Assembly (NCBI GenBank): GCA_002104895.1
Contig: MCFG01000091.1
Span: forward strand, 62,001 to 126,000
Length of the DNA stretch: 64,000 bases
Direction: 5' to 3'
Source: Anaeromyces robustus
Taxonomy: Eukaryota
Shown: in pieces, positions 35,991 to 52,746 of the stretch
Position numbering within the stretch: position 1 is the stretch's first letter
Layout: each line of letters begins with the position of its first letter
The notes under the pieces: generated by a model
What the model was told of the DNA's origin: nothing
The model's input: only the letters and a program-made list of their open reading frames with translations
Databases searched by the model: none
Translations under genes and position numbers: made by a program

Positions 35991-38900
35991 ATGAATCCAT
36001 ATAATAATATATTGCTTAACCAACATGAAGAGAAAAGCTTTTATAATAGTGCTACTGTTCATGAGCAAGTAACGGTAGAATCAACAGAAATGCTTCCAAT
36101 GAACATTTCTAAGGTTTTAATACTTTATACTGGTGGAACTATTGGTATGAAAATGACTAAAGACCATGTTTACGAGCCTGTACCTAATTATTTTACAGAT
36201 TTATTACTTTCTATGAGACAATTTCATGATCCAAATAATAAATTTGATGATACGATAACGGCAAATGTTGTTATCAAAGATGATGAATTATCTAGTATTC
36301 CTGAATCCGAAATTACCGTTATAAACAACATTAAAACAAAGAAGAAAAAATTTAAAGCATTAGTAACACCAGTTTCTTTGTATGGAAAAAGAACAATATA
36401 TACAATTTATGAATACGAAGAATTGATAGATTCGGCGAACTTGTTATTAAAAGGTTCATAAGCATTACAAAAAATGAAAATAAAAATTGTTATTATATTA
36501 TGAATAAAAACTAAATTAATATATATATAAATTTTTTTTCCTATTTATTTTAGACTGGGTAAAAATTGCTACAGATATTGAAATAAATTATTACTTATTT
36601 GATGCTTTTATTATTCTTCATGGCACTGATACTATGGCATTCTCAGCAAGTGCTTTAAGTTTTATGTTAGAAAATTTAGGAAAAACTGTTATTTTAACCG
36701 GTTCACAAGTAATCTAAATATAATTAATAATATATATATAATTAATACATTTTTAAATACTAATAAATACATAATTTATATGTAATATATAGGTACCACT
36801 ATCTGAAGTTAGAAATGATGCAATTGATAATCTTTTAGGCGCTTTAACAATTGCAAGGTAAACATTTTTAATTAATTAATATAAAAAACTAAATTTATAT
36901 AATAATAATTTTTATTTTTTTTTTTTAACTTAAATAATCAGCCATTATATAATCCCCGAAGTTACATTATTCTTTAATCAAAAACTTTTCAGAGGAAATA
37001 GAACTAAAAAAGTTGACGCAACAAATTTCAATGCTTTTGATTCACCAAATATGAAGCCATTAGTAAAATTAGGAATTAATATCAGTAAATATCGAAAAAA
37101 AAAAACTTTTTATAATAGTATTATTATTATTATATATTGTAGTATAAAATTTAAATGTATATATATAATCAAATATGTTTATTAATACTAATTTACTTAT
37201 ATAAATGATTCTATTCTTAATATAAACTTAAAAATTAATAAGATGTTTCATGGAAAGATGTTTTACGTCCAACAGAAATTGCAAAATTTCATGTTCATAA
37301 AAATCTAAATCAAAATGTTGCATTACTACGTTTATTCCCAGGTATTTCATACTTAACAGTAAAATCATTTTTATCTTCATCAGTTGAAGGAATTATATTG
37401 GAATCTTATGGTGCAGGAAATGCTCCAGATAAAAGAAAAGATATTCTCCAAGCATTTAAAGAAGCAACTGAAAAAGGCATTATAATTGTGAATTGTACAC
37501 AAGTATGAATTATATTAAAATATTAAATAATCATAAAATTCAGAAAAATAAAAAATAAAAAACTATATAATACGCAATGTTTCTAAAATATATGGAAATA
37601 TATATAATTATAAATATATTAAAGTGTACAAAAGGTTCAGTATCAGATATATATGCTACAGGAAAAGTATTAACAGATGCAGGTTTAATATCAGGAAAAG
37701 ATATGACCACGGAAGTAAATATTAAGTTGTAATAATAATAATCAACAATTAATATGTTATCAAGTTAAACATATTTATTTAAAATAAATAAAATATAATA
37801 TAATAAAATTAATAAACATCAAATAAAAACCAATAAATAACAAAACAAAATTAATAATATATATATATATTTACTTGATTATAATTAAAATAGTGTGCTC
37901 TTGCAAAACTTTCTTATTTATTAGGAAAAAATATCAGTATAGATGCTGTAAAACAATTAATAAAAACAAATTTAAGAGGAGAATTATCGGATACACCTAA
38001 AATAACAAGATTCTCAAAATTTAAAAATCCAGACAATTCATATATTGTAAAAATAATTAATTTAATTAAAAATGATGGAAATAATCTTATAACTAATAAT
38101 AATAATAAATTAGAAAGAATGAATACGTCTTCCATTGATGTAAATAATATTAAAGATAATTTTCCAAATTCCATTTTTAAAGTTCCAGTAACTTCAGATG
38201 AAGGAAATAACTATATACAAGAAAATGTTAATAATAAAATTCATAAAATATTATTACCTTCACTTTATCATATAGCAGCATCTACTGGTGATATTGTTGC
38301 ATTACATGAATTATTAGATGGATGGCCTGCACTAATTAATGATGCTGATTACAATGGACAAGTGAATATATTTATAACATACTTATATACTTATTTATAT
38401 TACATATAAAAAATTTTTTAACAAAAAAAAATTTTTTTTATCACATAAATAATCTTTATAATTATTAAATAAAAGACAGCACTTCATCTAGCTGCAATTC
38501 AAAATCATTTAAAAACATCTGAATATTTAATTAAAATGGGATGCATTGTTCATACAAGAGATAATTATAATCATTCACCATTATGGTATGCAGTAACAAA
38601 TCAATATAATGGTAATAAAAAGAATAATTTAATTGAATTATTAGTTAATTCAGGAGCTGTATATTCTACAGATGAATTAGATGATGTTAATGAATTATTA
38701 TTTAAGTAAGCAATATTTTTTAAAAATTACAATATATTATATTATATATTATATATTTATAATTTAAATAATAATAATATAATTATATTATAAAAATTTT
38801 GTTAATTTAATAATAATAATAATAATACATCATTTTACTCATATCATATACTATTTATTTATTATTAGATCAGTGAAAAAAAATGATCTTAATTTATTGA

Positions 38901-39510
38901 AATATTTAATTAAGAGTGGAGTTAAAATTAATGTCAGTGATGAAGAAGAGCGTACAATTGTTCATCTTGTAAGTTATCTTTAAAAAAGTTACTATATAAA
39001 TAATAATTTTTATTAAATAATAGTGATTTAATAAGTTAATCATTTTTAATTAACTATTATTTGTATTAATAGGCAGCTATATATAAAAAATATGATATAT
39101 TATATTATTTAAAAAGTTTAGAAAATGAAAAAGATACACATATAAATGGTATATCAAGTAATAGTAATATAGATAGTTATGATAATGTATCTTTTAATGG
39201 AGCTTATATTTTAGAAGAAATTGATAAAAGAAGGGAAGAAATAAAAAAAATAAAACAAGAACTTTTAAATTCAGATATGAACTCTGAACCAAATATAATT
39301 AATTATAATATTGAATGGAATAAGCCTGATCGTTGGAATAAAACAGCTATAAATTATCTACAAGATAATCTTGAAAAAATAAATATAGAACTCTTATCTG
39401 ATGAATTAAAAAATAATGAAAAAATGAAAGAAATTTTAATACAAGATAAAAGAACAATAATAACAGTATTAAATGATATATTTATGTTTTTCCCTATTGA
39501 AATTGAATAA
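35991..39510 (+). CDS. ASPG: Type I L-asparaginase with C-terminal ankyrin repeats (60-kDa lysophospholipase family)
   Basis: [87 protein letters not shown], then ankyrin motifs ([28 protein letters not shown]). Confidence 0.93.
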
Positions 39511-40202
39511 AAAAAAAAATGTAATACTAATTATAACATTACATTAAAAATAACAATTAAAATAAATTAAATTAAACCCAATTAATTGTAACTTTAAGTA
39601 AAATAAAAACAAAATAAAAACAAAATTAACATATATATATATATGTATATTATTATACATTGTTTCATTTCGCAATTATATATTATATTTTATATTTTTT
39701 ATTTTTTATTTTTTATTATTATTGTTGTTATTATTATTATTATTATTTCTTTCCTTACATTTCAATTTTTTTTAAATTTTGAAAGTAATAATAAAAAAAC
39801 TTATATAATAGATTAAAAAAAAAGAAGAAAATTATAAAAATTTTCTGTATATATATTGTTATTGTTATTTGCTTACTTATTTTATTCTTTTTCATTTTTA
39901 TATTTTAAAAAAAAAAAATTGAAAAAATATAAATATATATTTAAATAATTTTTAAATTATAAAAAGAATAAATAATTTAAAAAGGATTAATAAAATTATA
40001 AATTAAACAATTCATATCAATGAATTAATAAATAAATATTTTATGATTAACAAAAGTTGAAGAAAAAAAAAATGAAATAAAGTTAAAATCTTGATTATAA
40101 AATATCATTTAAATATATATATATATAAATAGAAAAAAAATGAAATATATTTATATATAATTAAATTATAGTATTATATTTCAAATCATATTATAATTAT
40201 TT

Positions 40203-42687
<2,485 letters not shown>

Positions 42688-43394
42688 TTAAGTATATATT
42701 TAATATAAAAAATATAAAGAAGAAAAAATTTGTTTTAAAGAAATAAAAAAAAAAAAATTGAAATAATGAAGAAGAAAAAAGTAACTAATAATTTTTAAAG
42801 AAACAAAAAGAAATTATTATCACTTTAAAATTAATTTTAAAATTATAAATTTAAAATTTAAAGTTCTTATTAATTATAGTGAAAATTTTTAAGAACAAAA
42901 AAGAAAAAAAAAATGAAAAAAAAGAATTATATAAATAATTATATTATATATATATAATTATAAATTATTAATTTAGTTTTAATTAATAATTAATTTTTTA
43001 TTATTTTTAAAGTTAAATTATATTGAAAATATAAAATTTTTATTTTTTATTTACTTATATTAATAATAAATTATTTTTTTTTATAATCAGTAAAGCAAAA
43101 AATATTTAATGGATATTTATCCATTAAATAAATGTTATAATTATAAAGAATATAATAAATAGGAAAATAGTAAACTTGATTATTTTTATCTTTATAATAT
43201 TAGTAAATATTTAATATAGTATATTAGATTAAATAAAGTTATATATATTATATATTATATAAAGGTTATATTAAATGGAATTAAATAAAGTTTTATATAT
43301 GACATCAAAATTATTTTTATTATTATTTTTATTATAAAATGTATAACTTTTTTTCGTTTTACATATTTTTTCTTTAAATATTATATAATATTAA

Positions 43395-43543
<149 letters not shown>

Positions 43544-43916
43544 TATTGTGTTGTTTTATTTCTTTTTTTTTATATACGTATATTTCTTTGGTTTTTGTTT
43601 TTGTTTTTGTTTTTGTTTTTGTTTTTTTTTTTGTTTATTTATTTGTTTATTTTATTTAATTTTATTTATTCTGATTTATATATATATATATATATATGTA
43701 TATGTATATTTTTTATCGTTTTTGATAATAAAAGATAATGAAAAAAAAATTAACAAAAAATATGAATTTTTTTTTTTTAAAATAATTAAATTAATAATGC
43801 TGATTTTAACTATAATCAATTACTAAAAAAAAATAAATAAAAATTTAAAATTTACAAAAAAAAGAAAAAAAAGAAAAAAAGAAAAAAAATTATTATAAGA
43901 TATAAAAAATCTATCT

Positions 43917-43956
<40 letters not shown>

Positions 43957-44427
43957 TATTTATATATGAAGAATTATTAATTTTTTAGAATTTATAATTT
44001 TTACTTGGATAAAAAATTTATTAATAGATAAACAAGACACAAGAAAAGAAAAAAAAAGAAAAAAAGAAAAGAAAAGAAAAAGAAAAAGAAAAAGAAAAAG
44101 AAAAGAAAAGAAAAGAAAAAAAGTAATTATAATTAAGATTAAATAAAAATAAAAAAATAAAAAATAAATAAATAAATTTTATTTTTATTTCTATTTCATT
44201 TTATTTTATCTCATTTCATTTTATCTCATTTTGTTTTATTTTATTTTTATTTTTATTTTATTTTTATTTTATTTTTATTTTACTTTATTTTATTTTATTT
44301 TATTTTATTTTATTTTATTTTATTTTATTTTTATTTTTATTTTTTCATTTTTTATTTTTTATTAATGATAAAAGTTACTAATTAAATGACGATAATTCAT
44401 AAATTAAAAATGATAATAAAATTAAAT

Positions 44428-45676
44428 TTAACGAAGACCAAAATTTAACCATTGGACTATATAATCAACATAACGATTAATGGAGGCATTATATTTATTA
44501 CTCACACCTTTTTTCATACGATAGATTCTTTTATTTATACTTTTAATCCATTGAGGGCGATCATTATCACATTCAATTTCTTCTTCAATATATCTATAAT
44601 TAAATTCTTCATCTTCATTTTCAAATTGATGTAACTCATTAAAATGAACTCTTTTATATTCTTTAATTAATGATTCCATAATTTCTTCACCCTTATTTTT
44701 ATATAATTTATTCGGCAACCATAAAGTTGGTAATGGACCAACAAGAGCTGGATGTTCATAACTATATAATTGTTCATCATCAATATTTAAATAACCACCA
44801 TTTAATTGATAAATATCCCATGGAACATCAGATATACCTTTTATAAAAAAAATTTTATTAAAAAAAAAAAATTGCAAATTTAATATAAATTAATTTCATT
44901 AAATATAAATATATATAATTATAAAATAAATTATTATAAAACTATTATATTAAATATAAACTAAAATTAAAAATTACCATTAACTCTAAGACTTCTTGGT
45001 TGATGATAATCAGTATATTCATCAAAAATCCATTTACGAGATGAATATTTATCTCTAATTAATAAATTACTTTCATTTCTATGATGTCTTGATTTATTAT
45101 TATATGGTGATTCCAATATACTTCCATTTAAAGGAGTATTAACAAAAGAACTCATTGATTCATCTGTACTACTTTGAATACCAGATCTTCCTGATGGTGA
45201 CGGTGGAATTACATCATATTTATTTTTGAAATTCATATTTAATTTACTAACACCATTATTTCCCTTATGTATATTTGTAGCTTTTCTATTACTATTTTCA
45301 GAAAAATCTGTTGGTTGATATGAATTTCTATTTGTTTGTGAACTTTCTGATTCTTCACTTGTTAATTCTAATTTAAACATTTTATATAAATATATAATTA
45401 TGACAAAACATAAATGAATAAATATATATGTATGTATATATATATATATATATGAATAATAATAATAATAATAAATATTAATAATAATGATAATAATTAT
45501 AATAATAATAATAATTAAAAAATTAAATAATAATAATAAAAATTAATAATAATGATAATAATTATATTAATAATAATTAAAAAATTAAATAATAATAATA
45601 AAAATAATTATAATAATAATTAAAAAATTAAATAATAATAATAATAAAAATAATTATAATAATAATTAAAAAATTA

Positions 45677-45719
<43 letters not shown>

Positions 45720-45991
45720 TTAATATAACATATAATAAAAATAAAAATTATAATGTAAATATAAAATATATTTATAAAATTTTACCTTCAGTATTTAACA
45801 TAGCACTTTTTATTTTTCCTTTATTCAAAGGATTATTCTTTACTTTATTTTGTTGATTATTATTTTTGTTTCCATCATTTGTAGTTAATTTTTCAATGGC
45901 AATATTATAATCTTGTAAATCACTAGAAACAAAGTTATTATTATTGTATCTCATTGCAGGTTTATACTTATTAGGTTTCAAATAACCATTT

Positions 45992-46055
<64 letters not shown>

Positions 46056-47546
46056 AATCATTATTACTACTGCTACTTGCATAATAATTATGACTATTAT
46101 ATTCTTTATCAAATGATGGTCTCTTTCGTAAAGCTGAAGAAATATCTTTTAAACTACTATTAGAATCACTTCTTGGTTTATTAATTGGTGTTTTAGAGGT
46201 AACAACATTATGACTTCCACAATAACTACAATAAGTATAATCATTACTACTAGTACTTGAAGAAGCTTTCATGGTTGATGCATTACTGTTAATAATTGCA
46301 TTTTCAAAATGCATACGTTTAGAAGCAACTTCTAATGGTATAAATTTAAAATGATTTTCAAAAGATTGTTTAAACCATTTATAAACAATATAGGTAGCAA
46401 GAATTAATGGTGACATAAATAATATAACCATAATACCATAAAAAGAAAGAGTATCTTCTGATAAATTAACAGAATATTTAACAATTAATAAACCAAACAT
46501 TGTTATTTGAAAAATTAAAAGACCAAATAAACATTTGTTAATATACAAAGGTACAAATGATCCATAACTTTCATATCTTGGATGTTGAATATACATTAAT
46601 TGATATTTATAAACTAAAAATGAATATGCAAAATAAATAGTACCTAATAATGGTATTATTGGGCAAATACATGAAAAAGTTAATGTTATAGTAAATAATA
46701 CTAATGGAAGGGTTGAAATATAACCATAATTTAATGAAAATGATCTTGGATCTGAAAGATCTGAATAAGCTCTTGGGGTTTTTCGTATTCCAACGAAATT
46801 TAAAACAAAAGCAATTATACTCTTAGCAATGGGTGCTGGATAAATCAATTGTACACTGATAATTAAAAATGATTGAAGCATAACATAATTAATATAAAAT
46901 GGTGACAAATTTGCTAATTTATCACCCATCATTTGTATTAATGCCATTGGGGTTAATATATTACTAACATCTTTCCATACCATTCCAAGTGTCTTTCCAA
47001 CATTTACAAATATATCTAAGAATTTAAGAGCTAAAGAACCAATAATAAAAACGAATAATACATTAAAAATTTGATAAAAGAAGTATTTATTTAATAAAGA
47101 TTGTTCTAACCACGAATATGTTTCAAGTCCTTGAATTTCTGATAAAAACATTAAAATATCAGGTAAAAATGAAAGCCATGTTGCTAATACAATCATTGTT
47201 AATCCACTATCAATTAAACTTAACAATATATGCCAAGTACCACTTTGGTGATTATCAATAAATGTTTTTATAAATGGAAGTAATCGACCAAGTTCTTCAA
47301 TATGAAAAACAGACATAATAAATGTAATTGGTATAAACCAAATAATAACAATAAAAATTGATATAAATACAACTATAATTGCTCTTATTAATTTTGTATA
47401 TGGTTGAGCTAAACGATTAGATATATTTTGCCAATAAATATCTCTTGGTTCTGGTGCAAGGGAAACAAAGCAAGTAAATGGTTTCTCATTTAATAAGCAT
47501 TGAGCACCAATTAGCTTATATATATTATATATATAAATTAATTATA

Positions 47547-47597
<51 letters not shown>

Positions 47598-49850
47598 TAA
47601 TAATAATAATTAATAATCAATAATTAATAATTAATAATTATAAAAAATATTAAATTTTATTTTATTTATAATACTATAAATAAAAAAAAAACTATTTATT
47701 ATTTATTTATATAAAAATCATTCAAATAAAAATTATTATATATAAAAAAAAACTTACAGCACTTAAAGGAGATTTAAATGTTACAAAACCAACTGGTGTA
47801 CTACTATTTTTTGTCTTTTTTCTTAACTTTTTAACATTATTATCCCATGTAACAAACTTTTCAACATAATAATTTAAAAGATCAATTCTATCACCAAATA
47901 AATAAAGCTTTCCTTTCTCTCTTTCTTTATAATAAGATTTATATTCCATTAATATCTTATCATATCTTGGCTCAATAAGATCTTGATTCGAATTGGTAAA
48001 AGAAGATATATTACTAAACATTGAACCTTCCGTATTAACTCGTTCCTCCGACATTTTCTTAAAATTACCATGACTAACTCTCATGTTCTGGATATTTTGC
48101 ATTTTTTTATAGGCATCTTTAGCTTCTTCATTATCTTCATCATTAGCTTCATTATTTGATTTTTTTTTATCAACTTTATAACCTATCCATTTAGTATAAT
48201 AAGATTCTATATGTTTTAAATACTTTTCACGTTTTTCTAAAGCTTTTCTCAAATGTAAATATTTTTTACAAATTACTACTTTTTCCAAGTCACCAATACC
48301 TAAGTCTGTAAAAAAATTATATAAAGCCTCCTCATTTCTATATTCCCTTGGTAAACCAAATATAATAATAGATCTGAAATTTACTAACTGTTTATAGTTG
48401 TTATTATAGCAATTTTGAATATATTTTATACGAATTTCTCTACATTTACTATAATATCTAAATAAAGAAACATACACTAAAACTGAAAAAATCCATGTAA
48501 AAGCTATATGAAACGATAATAATCCACTTCGATCGGGAATATTAGTAAGTGTAATATGCTTTATAAATACAATATCAGCACTTTCTTCATTTTCTTTTGG
48601 AATCAGGTTATGTAATAAATCTGATGCTTTTGAAGGTTTCCCTTGATAATTAATTGGAACCAATATTACCAAACTCATTATTCCGATAGTTAAAAATAAT
48701 TTCATAGCCATTTTCAAAAACAAAAGAAACTATATTTATGAAAAAAGTTTCACAAAGATTTTTAAGAATTTTAAATAATTTTAAATTGAAAATAATATTT
48801 TAATTTAAATATTTAAATGATTTTCAAATGAATTTTGTAATAAGTGATTTATGTTGTTATAATTTTTAAATAATCGTTATTAAAATTTGATAAATTCAAT
48901 TAATTTACGAATTGCAAAGGATTTTTATTGAAATATATGATATTTTATAAAAATTTATGTGAATTTCCAGATGAAGCATATTATAATTTTAAATGGTTTA
49001 TATAAATTTATGTGAATTTCCAAATGAAGCATATTATAATTTTAAATGTTTTATATAAATTTATGTGAATTTCCATATGAAGCATATTATAATTTTAAAT
49101 GTTTTATATAAATTTATATATATAGATTAAATAAATGTTATTTTATATGTAAAAAAAAATAATAATAATAATAATAATTTTTAGTGAAAAAAATATATAT
49201 AATTATTTTGAAATTAATATATATTTATTTATATAATCATACCACTTCTGCATCAACACCAACAATTGGTAAAACATATGAAGTTTTTAATCTCAATACA
49301 ACCATAATCCAAGTAAAAAAACCAGAAGGAATTCTTGGAGGTGCACATCTATTTCAATAATTAATTAAAATTTTTTAAAAAAAAAAAAAAAAAAAATGAA
49401 TATAAATGAAAAATTATATAACGCAAAAATAAATCAAATATATAAATATATATAAATAAAATAAAATAAAATAAAATAAAATAAAATATATATAAATAAA
49501 ATAAAATAAAATAAAATAAAATAAATAAATAAAAAAGGTATATAAAAATATTTATTTTTTTAATATTTTATATAATACTTTTTCAATCTTCTTCTCGGCA
49601 TATAAAATATTTTAAATTTTTCTCTTAAAAAGCAGAAACCTAAAAATAAAAATAATCCAGTACCAAAATATAAGAAAAATGGCATAACCAAATTATTAAT
49701 ATGTGAAGCTCTACTTTTATTTGGATGATCTTCAATATTATACTTTGTTCCATTTACTGCAGTAGGTGTTGATGCTATTGTTGTTGTTGTTGTTGCAACA
49801 ACAGTCGATATAACATCTGTTATAGATTCAATTATTTCCGTTTCATTCAT
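44428..49850 (-). CDS. OSCA/TMEM63/CSC1-family calcium-permeable stress-gated cation channel (6 exons)
   Basis: TM0 followed by FYMPRRRLK, FFTWIIG..IVGVDAEV|FLLFLKM, RSIIIFGLP, PVGFVTFKS, APEPRDIYWQNI, FFYQIFNVLFVF, FYINYVMLQSF, LVYKYQLMY..YESYG and YEHPALVGPLPTLWLP. Confidence 0.93.
48951..49117. repeat. Intronic minisatellite, 3 x 53 bp
   Basis: Copies start at 48951, 49004 and 49057 (aaatttatgtgaatttccaNatgaagcatattataattttaaatgKtttatat), followed by a partial fourth copy. Confidence 0.93.
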
Positions 49851-52028
49851 TATTAACTAATTTATTGGTAAAAATATATAATCAACTTAAGAGAATTAAA
49901 TTACTATTATAAAGATATTCTTTTAATTATCACTATTAAAAAAGAAACATAAAATAAATATTTAAAAAAATAAAAAAAAATTAAAATTAAAATTATTATT
50001 GAGATATCTTATCATATATATAACTTTTAAATTTAGTATATAGTAATTATTTAATATTTACTTTTATTGACGAAACTATTAAATATTGATTAAAAAAAAA
50101 AACAATTTATATATATATAGATATATATATATACTTCAGTTTATAAAAATAAAAATAAAAAAAATGTATTGATAATATTGCTTTGATTTTAGATATTATA
50201 TAACAATATTTTTATAAATCTATTTCTTTATTATTTTTTATTGTCAAAATTGATAATTTAACTATAATTATTTATTTCTATCTAATTATTTAGATTTTTT
50301 TTTTTTAATAATATTATCTTTTCTTTTAATTTTATTATCTTTTATTTTATTTTACTTTTTTTATTTATTTTATTTTATTTTATGTTATTTTATTTATTTT
50401 ATTGTGAGTTTTTATTTATTTGTTTCATTTACATTGTTCTTTGTTTATAAAAATATTATTAATTTATAAATAATTATATAATTTTATCTTCCATTTATTT
50501 ATTTCTTTTTTAGTAATTATTCTAAAGTTATATCTAAAACAATGTATTTTATTTTAAAAAAATTTTTTTATAATGTTATTTATTCATTCATTCATTTACT
50601 TGCTTATTTATTTATTTTTTATTTATTTATTCATTTATATATATATATTAAGGGAAAAAAAGGCTTTAAAATTTTCTTATTTTATTTGTATAAAATTTAT
50701 ATTTTTAAACTATTTTTTAAATTTTAATATATAATTATTATAATCACACAATATTTTAAATTTAAATTTAAATTTAATTAATAAAGGTTAACATAATAAA
50801 TTTATAATATATATAAGTATAGTATAAATATTACAATTATTTTTGTAATAATTGTAATATTTGTAGATTATATACTTATTGATTGATAATAAATAATGAA
50901 AAAGAAAAAAAAAATAAAAAAATAAAAAAATAAGAAAAAAAAAAAAAAGAATAAAACAGAATCAAAAATGTTATCTCTATATTTTAAATTTTATTCTCAA
51001 AAAAAAAAGCTTATGGTAATTTTTAATATTATAAAAATTTGTTTTACCTTTCATAAATACTAACCTAATCTCTTCAAAAACATATTTGTAACCCATATTA
51101 AATTTATTTTTAATTATATAAAAAAAAGTATTTTAAAGATAAAGACAGTATTTTATATATATATAGTTATTTTTATTCATTAATTTTTTAATTAAATCAA
51201 GAAATATTATTATATGTTAAATATAATAATCATGCTAAAATTTATATAATTATTGAACAATAATAATATATATTATTTTATTTTATTTTATTTTTTGCTT
51301 TTTCGAGAAATATTAATAAATTATTTATATGCTTTTTTTTTTTTTTAAAAAAAATTAAATAAAATAAAATTAATTATATAAGTACAAATCAAAAGAAAAT
51401 TAATTATACCATATTTAGTTAAAAAAGGTTAAAAAGGAAATAAAAAATAGAAAATGCTTTTGTAAAAAAATATATAAAATAGTAAAGAAGATAAATTAAA
51501 TTTTAATATAAAATCTTTTGTTATTTTTAAAATATTACTATTACTGTATATAAATTATTATAAAAAAGTAAAATAAAATAATTTCAATAATCACATATCT
51601 TATTTTATTAATTATCATTACTTTAATAAATACATAAAAATTATAAGATTTTAATATTATATATTTTATTTATATCAACATCTCTTTCAATTAATTATTC
51701 TATTATATATTCTCATTTTCAAAATGTTTTAAATATTAGAATAAATATATATAAGTGTATATAAATATTTTTTAAATTTAAATTTTTTATTAAAAAATAT
51801 TAAACTATTGTTACTTATAATTTTATTTTAAATGTCAAGCTTATCAATTAATTGACTTAATTTTTTGGGGAAAATAAACTATCTGTTTTTATAATGAAGA
51901 TGATTATAATGAAAAACGATCATAAAAAATAATATATTAAAAGAGAAATATGGACACTAAACTAAAATAAAAAAAAAAAAAGAATTTATATCTGAGGGAT
52001 GTATCAACAAAAAATATAAAATGCATAA

Positions 52029-52050
52029 ATTTTAAATTAAACAAGATTAA

Positions 52051-52141
<91 letters not shown>

Positions 52142-52143
52142 AT
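52029..52143. repeat. (TAAA)n microsatellite
   Basis: Perfect tetranucleotide run. Confidence 0.9.
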
Positions 52144-52746
52144 ATTAAAAAATATAAAATATTAATAATATAAGATATATTATTTTATTTAATAATTGAT
52201 ATTGAAAGTTTAAATAATTTATAATTTGATATTTCTTATTTTATTTATATAATAAACATTTTAAATGCAGTTATTTTTTTTTTTTTTTAAACAAATAGAG
52301 TTTTTAAAAAAACAAGTATATATATAAATATATATATATTAAATAAATAAAAAAAATTTAAAAGAAAAAAATAAAGATGTCTTGTTATAGAATATTATAA
52401 TATTAATAATAATAAAAAGAAAAAAAAAAAAAAAAGGATATTGACTTAATTATATATAAAAAATTAAATTTACAATAATATATATATTTTTTTTAAAAAA
52501 ATAAAATAAAATAAAAAAAAAAAAAAAAAGAAAAAAAAAAAAAAAAGATTTTTAAATAAAATTAAAATTATATATATATATAAAATTAAATAAAAATATT
52601 TTTTTTTTCTTTGTCATGTATTAATACTTTTTTTTTTTTTTTTTTTTAATATATGCATATATAATCATATTTTAATAATAGTAATAATAATGTTTATATA
52701 TAATATATATAATATATATTTTTACTATTATTGTTTTATATTATTT

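Noticed and set aside
51830..52010. Possible snRNA/snoRNA (small gtcaa..ttgac stem, Sm-like AATTTTTTGG, downstream CTGA)
   Set aside because: No U1/U2/U4/U5 signature and no proper C box or terminal stem. An Infernal/Rfam search would be needed.
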